Both the position numbers and the translations under genes were made by a program. Below, piece by piece: positions 36,673-49,300 of a stretch of DNA of 64,000 nucleotides. The stretch is from Botryllus schlosseri. Its lineage: Eukaryota. Under the pieces are notes generated by a model. The model was given only the letters and a program-made list of their open reading frames with translations, ran no database searches and was not told the DNA's origin. The first letter of the stretch is position 1. Every line of letters starts with the position of its first letter. The stretch spans positions 1-64,000 of the forward strand of contig CM119373.1 of NCBI GenBank assembly GCA_051294905.1, in the 5' to 3' direction.

Positions 36673-37551
36673 TAGGGCAATTTTTTTTTGACATGTCAAA
36701 AAAGTCAAAATTAGGTCAAAATTGTAGCGTTAGGTCAAAATTTGTTAAAATTGTTTACAAAGTCCAACATTTTTTGACCTCTGCATTTCGTTTGTATCGT
36801 AGATTTTGCGCTGTCGGTGAACTTATCATTTGATATTTTACAGCTTGTAGCCTACTTTACAGGCCTACTGTTGTAAACGGACCATCGTCTGCTCATTGTG
36901 AATCATAAATGGTCAGCTGAAACAAATAGTGACATGGCTTTATGGTCAACGTACCGCAATATCCTAGCTGAAGCAAGTCTGCTTGGACATTGCATGGTTC
37001 TTATATCAAGAAGCGCAAGCTGAAAAATTGTGATATAGACAACATTGTCAGAATGAAGCAACACGGTTTGTCACCAGCAGTGTGCACACAGCTTGAGTGT
37101 TGTCAGCCAACAAATGCTGCTGTTGAACGTTCTTTCTCCGTTCTTCGCAAGCTACGTAGTAAGGACAGACACTTTCTACCCGAGAATGTAGGAAAGGATC
37201 TTTCGTTGTACTACAACAAATTTTAATTATTTCCACCAAAATACGTAATGTAACAACTGGAATTCTTCATAGGGCCAGATTTCGTTAAAATACTAGTTTT
37301 TCATGTAAAAATCTGTCAGTTTTTGAGTCAAAAACGTTTTTTCAGGCCAATCTACTTTGTAAGGACAGACAGTTCCAACCAGAAATGAAGATAAGTAGTA
37401 CAATTTTAACATTATATGGGAAAACTCCTAATTTGCATTCGTGAGGTCAAAATTTGGTCAAATTTTAGTTTTTTTAGGTCAAAAAAGGTCAAAATTTAGA
37501 TTTTTTTAGGTCAAAATCTTCCGTTTTTTAGGTCCAAAAAAAATTGCCCTA
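36673..37551 (+). mobile_element. Internally deleted hAT element retaining the C-terminal dimerisation motif
   Basis: TIR tagggcaattttttt / aaaaaaattgcccta. 8-bp TSD GTTATCAT (36665-36672, 37552-37559). ORF 36990-37226 contains PTNAAVERSFSVLRKL. Confidence 0.88.
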
Positions 37552-37887
37552 GTTATCATTGATCACAAAAACAATAGCTTAGTGACTGTGAAGTGGCTGC
37601 TGCGTTGTGTAATTGACACGCGGTGTGAGTCATCTTACGCAAACCGCAACACGCACGCTCGAATCGCATGTACGTCTGAGTTCATTACTTGATAACTGCA
37701 TAAGGTAAACACGTCACTCAGGACTCTTTCGATAGATGATATAGCTGAGAATTCGGTCAAGCGATCACTATAACATAATAAGGATTAGAAATGGCGTCAC
37801 GGCCAAATGAATACCAGTTTTCTCTTTTCTCAGATGAGAAAACGAGAACACTCGGAATAATTAAACTATGATATCCCACCGCAGTCG

Positions 37888-37975
37888 CCGTCAAATTAGC
37901 TCAGTTGGTTGAGCATTGAAACGTAGAATCTGGCGATACGTTAGTCGTTGGTTCAAGTCCCTGGGTTCGGAACTT
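37888..37975 (+). other. Degenerate tRNA-like Pol III sequence (SINE head or tRNA pseudogene)
   Basis: A-box-like tagctcagttggttgagca and B-box-like ggttcaagtcc. No clean acceptor stem. Confidence 0.5.
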
Positions 37976-40900
37976 TTGATCATTTTTGTGAATCCACTTA
38001 AATTTTTGCATATAGGCCCGACGTTCAGTAGCTCAATCTTTATGAAGCAACCTATCATGCTGCATTTTTGTTTTGAAATTTACTGAAGTTGTGTATCATC
38101 TCCAAACGCGTGTGTACTGTGCATGTAGTTACCAATTTGGCACTACATCGCTGCATTATTTTTCAGCCACTACAAACAATCGAGACGTCAAGATAGCTGG
38201 GAACTCACTCCAATGAATTTGCCGTCGAGCTGTTCAATGCGTGACCGATAAGTGCATGCGGACTGCGGAGGCTTCATATAATCAGACGCAAATGTGAATA
38301 TCACTCCCTAGTCTGCCATAATGAGCAACGATGATGACGTTATACGCTCTGATCTTTTCAACATCAGTCAGTCAATATATGTAATGTTGCCTTGCCTTGA
38401 CTTGAACTGACGGGGGTCGTAATTGATACCCGAATCTGACTGCTTCTTACCGTGTTTTATTATAGGGAAACTAAAATATCTGTACTCGTGGAAATTATTA
38501 GTTAGTGCAACGTATACACTATACAATGTAGAATTGTGGGCTGTAAGCCTATAGTGAGCGTTGTAACCGACGCATTGTGCGAATTCGATCCTCTGGTATT
38601 TAAAGCTGATACCATAATATGTTTGATAAGTGTTTGATTTGACGCTCTCCTGCCTCAGCATTGTGACGTTATGAAATGACAAAACAATTCAACTAATTTA
38701 CTACTTGCACTTGGCTGCTTTCCAATCCTATGTTGCCACATTTCAGCCTGATCATAATTATTTGTTTGTGTTAGCTTTTGCAGAGTCATTTTATCCGTGT
38801 ATGTGATGAGGAATAAACCAGCTCCATTTTTCTATCAACACTCCTATGCATGGTATGAGCGGATGACATGAGCTACGTAGTTGAATTCAATGTCAGGCGT
38901 TTTCGACTCAGATATGTGTTTCTGGTGACGATAATAGGGTGATTACAATAATTTATGGAATTGCAACAAACTTACGAAGGTATGGAAAGCTGTTTGGGGT
39001 CACATAGTCCGTTGGACCTTGCGTATAATTCGAAAATTACGAGATATATTGTTATTTATTATGCTAGTTGGTGCTGTTCTCCTCTCTCTAGCAAGGAAAT
39101 TGTTGTGGATGTGGAGAGGGGATGATTAAACCCGCGGCCATATTAGGTCACATTTTATATTCATCTGCTTTGACTACTGCGTTCTGAGCAATATATTATT
39201 CTTGTATAGGTAAAAGCCATAAATCCAGGGACTGTTACATAGCATCTCGCCTCACATTGATACAATTAAGAATCCTATATCTATTCGGTGATCGCCACTT
39301 AGACCGAATGTAGCACTTTTGACCTATGCAATCTCCATTTAGATGCGACCACGTGGACCTGGTAAAATGTTTGTATAATTAATGATTGATTAGGTCAATA
39401 ATATTGATAATTGCGTGTATATTGCTATAAATTTTGTATCCTCTCAGTCCGACTTCCTGTGCGGTATGTAATCAAACGATATTGAACTCGCCTATACGCA
39501 GGCTACTAAACTAAAAGAAGCGCACGATTCAAAATTGGTATTTTTTCACTGTTCAATAATAATTCGGGATGGGATGTCAGTTGCCCTGTTGGGTCCAGAT
39601 TGCCACGACATGAATATTCGGTGCCAGCACTTTAGGCACCCGTACAAATACATTTTTATATCGAAGTTTACGGTCAACATAAAGGCAATCCCTTTCGACT
39701 AATGTGTTCTCGCTGACGATCTTTTTGGCACACTTCTATGAGACCCATGCTCGCCCAAACTTCATATATCTTCTTACATCTTGGCGTGGTAATGGCCAAC
39801 GCTTAGATGCCTAATTTCATAAATGATGCGTATTTTTGTGGAGGAAGGGTGCCTAATAATCAAAACATTTATCTACATGAAATCGCGTATAGTGCGAGCA
39901 GAATTAAAATGATGCAAAAATTTTCAAATAAATAGCGTATATTAATTGTTCATTCACGAAATAATATTTGGCACCCTTAATAAATACCGCGCTTCGTAGT
40001 TTCATCATTCTCCTCTTTGTTCAATATGTCGCAATGCATCTTTTGTACCGCACTGTACATTGTCTGGCTTGAGCGGAAACAATAATTTGAGCTAAATTAG
40101 AAATAAAAGTCTGGTGTCCGCGGAGGCTCGAGACGGTCCAAAGGGGGCCCGCAAGGACATAAAAGGTTGAGAATAACTGACGTAAGGTATATTCCTTATG
40201 CTCGCAACTGACAGAGCATCTTCAAGCGGCCTTGACACAAGCAAATCAACGACCTATCAGCTCAATATATTAGGTGCGAGAAATACTACAGAATATTTAT
40301 CATGCTATAACCAATACATATATTTGATGAAGCTGTATTAAGGTAAAGCAGTAATTCTTTTTCACAATGTGTATCACGAGTGTTAAACAACATGTAACAA
40401 TGATGTAGTGCCTTTTCGCCATTGCTAAGAGCTAATAAGGGCCCAAATATTAGGAGTCGACATTAAAATCGTACTACCCGCGGTGTCTACCAAAATCGCA
40501 ACTAGAACTTATGTTGAGTCATCACAATGGTGGTCAGCATTTTTTGTGTCGTCATTTTTTAACACAGTGTATAAATGCTTAAAATCCCTATATATACCGG
40601 AGTGGTTGGAACTGAGTGAATCCTAAGCAAAAACTATCATGTATGCCAGTGTTTCCCAACCTTTATCCACCCACGTACCATTTTGAGGTTTTATGCAGTG
40701 CTCGCGTACCACCTATATAAGTTAGGCGCGTTTCCACCATTTATGACGTCATACTCACGTATTTGGCCTATTCGAGGTGTATTAACAAATTCTGCTAAAC
40801 TAGGCCAGGGATGTCAAACATACGGCCCGCCAGACGATTTTATCCAGCCCGCATAGCAATTCTGAGTACATTGAAAAAAGATTATATTATCCATCATATC

Positions 40901-40998
40901 CACATTAATAAACCAAATTACAACGTCCGCGTTGACAATTAAATATCTTGTATTCATCGTAACGCATACGCAGGGCTAACGCCAGATTATGACTAACG

Positions 40999-41664
40999 CA
41001 GAGGTGGCCAACCTTTTTGCCATTCACGGCCGCATTCCAGGGCATAGTCGTAATGAACAAACTGGACGCCAAATACCCAGGTTAAAGTGTCTATGTCCAT
41101 TTCTGGTAAAATCCGGACTAATCTATTTAATGATGGGCTTACTATGCGCAGCAAAATCGCGAGTGGTCACTGGTAATGTTAGAGAAGGAAGTGCTCATAG
41201 TCGCGCGAAGTTCGAAAAAAGTTTAGATTAATCAATGAATTTCGTCATTGATATTAGTAGTTTTACATATTACCATCAAACATTTATCCTTTTTCATCCC
41301 GTGTGGTCAGATTCATTGGTATAGAGTTGGCGTAGGGGTGTTTTCGAAAATTTAAAGCAAGTTATAAATTATGATGCATCTTCAGTGGGCCAATTGGTAT
41401 TAGTCACTTTGTAGCATGCTGTTATTTCTTGACCTCCCATCAGGATTGGTAGTATAGTGAGGAGCACACGACTCCGAGCTGATGGCTTCGAGGGTGCTAC
41501 TATATCAAAATCGAAAATGTAGTGGAATTGAATCGCGCACAGCGCGAAGAAAATTTCAAGATTAATTAGAATCTTTCAAGAAATCCGGAGTTAATTCGTA
41601 AATTCGAATTGCATGTCGACGGCCGCAAAAATTCCCTCTTACGGTCACAGGTTTGCCACCTCTG
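40999..41664. mobile_element. hAT MITE, nest level 3a
   Basis: cagaggtggccaacct / aggtttgccacctctg; TSD GACTAACG / GACTAAAG (7/8). Confidence 0.8.
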
Positions 41665-41814
41665 GACTAAAGCAAAGGAAACATTGAATTATGACTACTT
41701 GTATCGCCGGTGATGCCATTGTTTTAGCGGTTCTCAACTGTATTCAACCGGACAAACATCGTATTTTCGCCAATTTCATTGCTCGCAAATAATGGTGTTG
41801 CGACTCGCTAGAAT

Positions 41815-44085
41815 CAGCACCGTAACTGCCGCACCCCAAACCCCCCAATTGGGGGGGGCCCGAGCTCGAAGGGGGCCCAAAATTATTTCGTGAATTAGCA
41901 TAAATCATAGAGTATTTTTTGAAAATGCATGCAATTTTTTCAGAAATTTTTCGCGCAGGGCGCGAATTCAAGTAGCCATGTGTCTGTATTATTGGGTATT
42001 GGGCCATTACCGCGCCACGACCCACCAAGACATACAAGCAAGTTTTAGGCCATATAACATGCGACTCCAGGAAGTGTGCCAGAACGATCGGCAGCGAGAA
42101 AACCTTGGCCGAAAGGGTCTATGCCCTTATGCCAGGGTTGGGCAAACTACGGCCCGCGGGCCGCATGCGGCCCTCGACACCTTTCTGTGCGGCCCGCGAG
42201 AGTTTAATAAAATCATCAAAAATATTGATAAAATGCGTACCAAAAATCGAATTAATGCAGGGACTTGATTAACCTTTTTCTTAGTATATTTCACCATAAT
42301 AATCTAAGGCAGTGGTTGTCAAACGGAGGGGAACACCCTCCTTGGGGGTCGTGAAAGCATCTGACGGGGGCGCGAAGCTGAGCTCAACTGAATTTTTTTT
42401 CGCGCTCCGCGCGATTTACATACAATTCTAGGGTACGTACTTCCTATATAACTTTTATGTTCAATTTCTGGCGCGACAGCCCGATCTCAAGGCCCACGCA
42501 GTTTAAAAGGTTTCAACTGGTAAACATCACAGAAATCCTAAACGACATTGACATAATTCGGATGATGAGTGTGATTTCAGATTGGCCAGTTCAGTTTTAA
42601 ATATTTCAGTGGTGTGCTTATAATAACGATTCGCGCGTGTCTTAGATAGATTCGTTCTCTGTATGCGTACAATTAGGGTATTTATATTTTGTCTACACAT
42701 GGTAGAAGCGTGTTTGAAGCTAACATGGGTATGATGCTGTCAGCATTGTGTGCCCTGGAACTGTACCAAAAGTGGAATTGCTAAATCTATGAACAGATCA
42801 CTGCTCACAGATTCAAATTTCAATCCTGTTCTAGGAATCGGGACAACCGACAAATTGGTTATTAAGGTCGACCAGCCTATGCAATCTCGCCACTGTTTCT
42901 CACGCTTGTCCGATATCATCAAAGTAATGTTTGGTTTGCATTGAATAAGCATAGGCTATATATTATCTCCATGTCATCATTATATGATATAATCAAATAC
43001 CAATACTGCGTTTTGGTGTATAGTCCCAATTTTATATAGTGCGGCCCGCGAATGGATTCAGATGTCGAATGCGGCCCGCGAGCTTAAAAGTTTGCCCACC
43101 CCTGCCTTATGCTGACCAAAGACTTCGTTATATATACAAAATAAATATAGGTTTAATTGTCCATAGGCGCCTAAGTGACTGGCGCCGAATGTTCCTGTCT
43201 TTGCAATCTGAACCTCACAAGACAAATACCATCCCGCAGGGAAAAATTTTATGCCGGTGAAGAAATACCAATTTGAAATCGTGTGCGTCTCTTAGTTTAG
43301 AAGCCTACGTTTGGGCGATTCTATATTTTTTGATATAGCAGACTGGAAGTCACGAAATAACATCATGTAACGAAGTCATATCAACGGGTCCGCCCGCCCG
43401 AAGATGTTTGATTATTAGTTATGGGCCCTCCCGTTTTCAAGACACTTCACTCAGCTCTGCCGGTAAATCTAATTACGTGAGTAGAGAGGGCAATAAATTG
43501 ATAGCATAATATATATGCAATCGCCGATCTGATTGACCGATTTTATCATAAATTATCGAAAATTTTCGCGCTTCGCGCTGACTCACAATACAGTACAGAT
43601 GATTTCGTGACAAACGCGAACAACGTGATGGAGGGGTCGTTTCATCACCCTATGGGAGCCCAAGACCCACGTTTTTGGGGGCCTGACGAGGTGCTGTTTC
43701 GTCGCTACCAACGGGTATACGCCCGAAGATGTTTAATTATTATTGAGTGGTCCTACCTTTTTAAACACACCTCACTCAGCTCTACCGGAAAATCTGATTA
43801 CGTGAGCAGAGAGGAGATAAAAATTGATCACAATATATATGCAATTCCCGATCATACTGACCGATTTAGTCATGAATTCTAGAAATTTCCCGCGCTTCGC
43901 GCGCTTAGGCGACAAAAGCCTATTCACTAAACAAACTCCCAACGCATAACATAAATAGCGGTAAACAGGGTATCGCTGGAGGGGGGTCTGGGGGGCGAAG
44001 CCCCCCAGACGTTCGGTCTATAAACCTATGGGGGGCCCACGACCAAAGTTTTGGGGGGGCCTGGCGAAGTGCTGTTACGGCCCTG
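41815..44085. mobile_element. hAT MITE, nest level 3b
   Basis: cagcaccgtaac / gttacggccctg; TSD GCTAGAAT on both sides. Confidence 0.8.
42133..43104. mobile_element. hAT MITE, nest level 4 (related copy inside the inverted duplication at ~32410-33084)
   Basis: cagggttgggcaaact / agtttgcccacccctg; TSD CCTTATGC on both sides. Confidence 0.85.
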
Positions 44086-46353
44086 GCTAGAATGAAACCC
44101 CAACGGTCCGTGTATTATCTATATATGCTTGATAATAAAGTATTCCATCGAGAAGCAATGGCACGAGGCAACATTTTGGCTCCTGTTGACTAGTCCGGCC
44201 CGCGAGCGATTTAATGACTTCGATCCGGCACGCGATGCAATTTTAGTTTGTCACCCCTGAACTAGGCATTATCAGCCAGAGTTGATGGGATGTATGGAGT
44301 TGTTTTTTTCACCACCAGTCACAAGAAGAACAACATAATGAAATGAAAACACACAATAAAACTTAATTTATTTATTGCGATGGCTGCATATGTTTATTTT
44401 CCCCTAGCTTTTCGATGCGCGGCATACGTTTGCTTACAGCGCATCGAAAGTCATGTATGAGCGCAACAAGTCGGTTTCGTTTCTTCTGCTCGTCTTCCCG
44501 CGTATCAGGAAATATTACCAGATGGGGAATAGCGTGAGACGATGGCTTCAAAAAACTCAAAATCAACTTCACCTGAACTAATTACTCCCTTCGGTCGAAG
44601 AAAACAGAATCTACTCGCGTACCACCTGGAAGACCTTCGCGTACCACTAGTGGTACGCGTACCACAGGTTGGGAACCACTGATGTATGCAAAGCGGTGTC
44701 ATTTTATACACGCGAAAAGTGGAAGAAAATCCCCCCTATTGATTGTCGACCTAATGCCACTTTTCAAAATACGGGCTTTATACAGGGGTCAAAATGTCGC
44801 CATTGTAACTCTAAATTCCTGCTACTTCATGGCTTGATTTCTATTGTAAGGGGCAAATGAGGGACTAATGAGCGTGGTTCCAAACGGATTTGCTTAACAG
44901 ACGATAACAACTGAGGGAAAAATGTCGCCAAGAATTAGGGGGACACAAAATTGTCTCCCTATTTTTTTCGTCCCCCAACTGCTACAAAAATAAGTACGAT
45001 TGTCTCCCAAAGTAGCCTAATAGGTAAATATATATATGGCTGCAATAAACTTTGGCTTTAAATATTTACTTGGAAAATGTTTTCATTTCCCAGCCATGCT
45101 TCAGCGAACTAACAGGATTTATCTTGTACATGGTCAGATATACTCTACTCCGAAACATGTTATTCATCGGTTTGTAGTTCACTTCACATCCGATTGAAAT
45201 GGAGTGGAAATTGCGACCGAGAGAGAACTATAGGTGGCTATATGGAAATCTTCATTATCAAGGCGATGATGTTGACATTAAACCCCTGATAGTCCTGCTT
45301 ACTATAATACTATCATAGTGCCAACTTCCAAAGCTTCTGAAAGTACAATGGCGAGTCTTACATGTTTGATCTTATTTACCGCTACAACATCGTAACACTT
45401 ATACCTCACAAAGCATATGTCGCATACTTACAGCCACTCACCAACATACACTTAATTGGTTTATTATTAATATGCACATAATTACCTCGTATATGAAATG
45501 CAAATCACTTTACATCGAATCGTCTCTTGTATATCTCATATAACCTATGTACATTGTGTGTGTCCTGGGTGGATGAAAATACGTAATCCGACGATTGTTA
45601 TTCTTCAATGCAGTGTCTAACAGATTACAAGTCATTATCATCTCGGATTCGTATGCACCATTCAAATACTTCTGTTATTCATCAGTATTCCCTTCTCCGT
45701 TAGTACTCGCAGTGTCACTAAAAATAAATCACCAATAAGTCGTAATATTAAACCAAGTTTTACAAGGGAACGAAATTTCAGAATGTGCAAAATAGGCCAA
45801 CCGACATATCACAAAATAAGAAGTACGTTGTGTATTTTACGATGATGGCATTTTACAGCAGAAATTCATACCAGACATATGCCCGGCAAACGGTTCCTAA
45901 TTGGTGAGCATCAGAGCCGATCATATCATGCAATGAGATCAATATTATAGAGGTATCGTTCGATAATAACAAGATAGTACCAACTATCAACTGTCCACTC
46001 CACTTACATTCAAAGTATGCATGATATATTTGAAACCCAAACATCAGTCGTGGAGCGTGCATGGTCAGGGTTTAGCAAATGTAATCAAGCGATTACTTAA
46101 TCTAGTATAAGCACAAAGCCTCATTAATTAGTTTATACTAACCGTTTGGTATACCCCAATAACAGGTTTTTTTTACTGAATACGAAAGGTTTCCATACCG
46201 CTCATCGCACTATTGATCGCAGCCAATGATAAGGATTTAAGGTGAGCGGTCCATAGAAATATTTTCAGCCATGGACGGCGGATAGCAAGAAGGATTCGAC
46301 AAATAAATGTATGCGAAGGAATATAGTTGGAGATAAATTATAACATGGATATA

Positions 46354-49300
46354 TCATGCCGAAAATTTACCTGAGTAATACTCAGATCCAAGTGTGTACA
46401 GGTAAGCGCTACTGTCTCTGTCTCAAGTGGAACGGGTGAGATTAACTATCCACATTAGATTAAAATAATTCCTACCTTCATAATATTTTTGTAAGCCTAG
46501 CTCTTTACTTCTGGACTGTAATTCGTCGTACACAAATGGCAGCAGTTTGCTGAAGCGTGACGTGAAAAATCTGCAAAGACGGTCCGGCGTTTTTCCGACG
46601 AAGTTTTGAAATTCAGCTGGCTTCTCATGAATGTGATGCATCTTGGAAAATGTTGAATTTGAAAGACATCAATGCGAAATCGATATTAGCTAAAGTAGGT
46701 GTGTGTAACGAGGTACATGCACTTTCGAACAACTGTCACTTCTACTAGCCTACAACAGCGTCTGACGCCATAACTGTGTATCGTGTGTTCGAGCAAAATC
46801 GTCATAACAACCGATCGGTGCACGGAAGTAGTAAAGAATTTTTTTATTTGTGGCGCCTTAGACATTCAACGTTAATCGCGAAGCTTCATCCTGCGATTTT
46901 GTGACTTTTACATTTGTTATCTCGCTCCAATTTGTCCTTACATAGCAATTACGTCGAGTCCCGTTCAGACTGGCCATTTCCCATTCCATCTTTCAGTACT
47001 ATTTACTTGTCTTAAATAGCCCTTCCTCTACTGGTAATTAAGTTGAAGTTTGCGTTATAACTTCAATTTGACATTTAGTATCATCAACCACTACTTTGGA
47101 TGCCTAATATATCAGATAAACATAATTCATAGCTTTGAAAGAAAGGTACGTCAAAGCAAGAATTCAGGCTGTCTATTTGCACGTCTGGAACCCAGAAATC
47201 TCGTGACCTCGAACATATATATAACTGTGCATACGGCCACAATGACCACGCAAAAAGGCGATTGCCAGTGAATCGCCAGGTCACTGAGGGAGCGCGCGTG
47301 GAATTTACATCGTAAATATTGGCACGCAATTAAAACGTCAAGCAATATGAACATTTGAACAAAGAACCGACGAGCCGGCGAAAGAGCATGACGCACATCA
47401 GTAAACCATGTGCCTCGTGTTCAGAGGCGATGAGAAAGACATGTCACAGAACGTTGCATCTGCTATATTGTATTAGTCGTGGCCGCGTATAGTTCACCTT
47501 GGTCTTATAGCCAACTTGGCAAATTACTTGGTGTTGTCGACAGTTTCTGAGTTCTCACCATCCGTGGTATCTAATGGCCTTTTTGAGTGATTGTGAGACG
47601 ACGAAAGAGACTCACCAAGTTCCTGATAACACGAAGTAGATCGCAAACGCCATCTCCTTTCGTTTTCATTTTCTTATCTTTGAGAACTTTTTCAACAATT
47701 TCGGATTCTGAATACAGCTTCTTTTTCCAATCACATACAATTTCTTTTTTCTTAGCTTCAAGTATTTTACTAAGGGTGGAGTGATGTTCGTTCGAGATTT
47801 CTAAATCAGAAACTTTCTGAAACAAATAACTGTGAATAATAAATGAATGATTTGGAACAGGTCGTAGCAGAACGAACTTGAATAAAGGTCATCGTCCGTT
47901 CGCCGCCCCAAAACAGATGATGAGCCATAACCTGACGAATCCCCGGTCTTTTTTCGCGATCGTGAGCGATCATAGATCGGATGATATTTTTTGCTTCTTC
48001 CTTCACATCATTTATATCAATCTTGACGGTTCCTTTTTTAATTTCGTGATCCAGATCCGTTGGATCGCATTTAAATGGTTGCTTGGTTCCGTTGGTTAGC
48101 ACGTAGTAAAATACAACACCAAGAGAGAAGATATCAGCACGCTGTGTAATGATATTGGTATTTGGTAATTGTTGGAAATGAATTCTTCATCTAATTGTAT
48201 TACTGCACTATTCTACTGAATAGCGTACTCACATAGTCCAATGTTTTGTGTAGAAGCGCTTCAGGCGACATATATCCGGTGGTCCCCGCGACGTTCGTTT
48301 GTGTGACTTTTGTTTTATTCGGGTCTATTTTTCTGCTTATACCGAAATCGGATATCTTGGGAATCCACGACCGTCCATTTATACACGCCATCAAAATGTT
48401 GCAAGGCTTCAAGTCTCTGTGAACTATAAATAATGACATCTGTAAACTTTCATGGACTCTAAGCTCAATCAGGATCGTGTAGCCCTATATAAGGGGTAGG
48501 CATGAACGTTTCGTTGACGTCTATGTATGTGTCGCATGAGCTTGTGAGCCGCGGTTCCGTTATACGAGTTGATGTTTCTGTGTAATTGTATCTTATTTTA
48601 GTACATAATTATAACGGCATGCACGTGCGGTGTGCTGTTGCGAGGGTGGCAATCTCGAAGAGACGATATCCTAAACTCAGGAATGAAATGCACCCGCGTT
48701 CCTGTTAGACCATAGTTAGCAGAATGGGTGACACTACAGAACATATATGGATGTCGTCTAAGGAAGTTAACGATCTCAAGGGCCACTATCCAGATTTTGG
48801 ATGAAGTCGGATTTATGTCACTATCATAAAATCGGACGAGGCTATGAAAATATGACTTTATTGCGCTTTATAAAACGACCGTAATTAGCCCCGCAAGTAA
48901 TGCGTTTACGATCATTACGACGATTACGATCAGGTCACTGTGGAGTAGCATCCAATATATTTTGAATCGGTGGCTCGAGCTCTCCGTTGTGCGACGAATG
49001 CGGCGTCATCAAAAACGCCGTCCACTTCTTGATGTTATGCCTAAATACGATTTACATTGATCGTGTTTACTAAGTTATCGCAATGACTTACCTATTCCTT
49101 TCATCGTACGCAACCTACTTGAATTATCCAATTTTAGGCCGCCGTTGCTGGGTTCGTAATAAGTTGCCGTAATAGTTACCGATTGATTTGTACCACCTCT
49201 AGACCGTGGCGGCGTGGCGCACAAGGTCCTAAATGACTGTAAGCACCACTTCAATTTCCAATAGTAATAATAATTAACACAGCATAATTTCCGTAATTTC

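Larger units (their letters stand above)
40806..44259. mobile_element. hAT MITE, nest level 2
   Basis: cagggatgtcaaac / gtttgtcacccctg; TSD AACTAGGC on both sides. Confidence 0.85.
40647..44681 (-). mobile_element. hAT (Buster/Charlie-type) deletion derivative, outermost member of a nested stack
   Basis: TIR cagtgtttcccaacct / aggttgggaaccactg. TSD ATGTATGC on both sides. Minus-strand remnant KKRNRL..DFRCAVSKRMPRIEKL..QPSQ* (44372-44490) resembles the Charlie/Buster transposase C-terminus. Confidence 0.88.
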
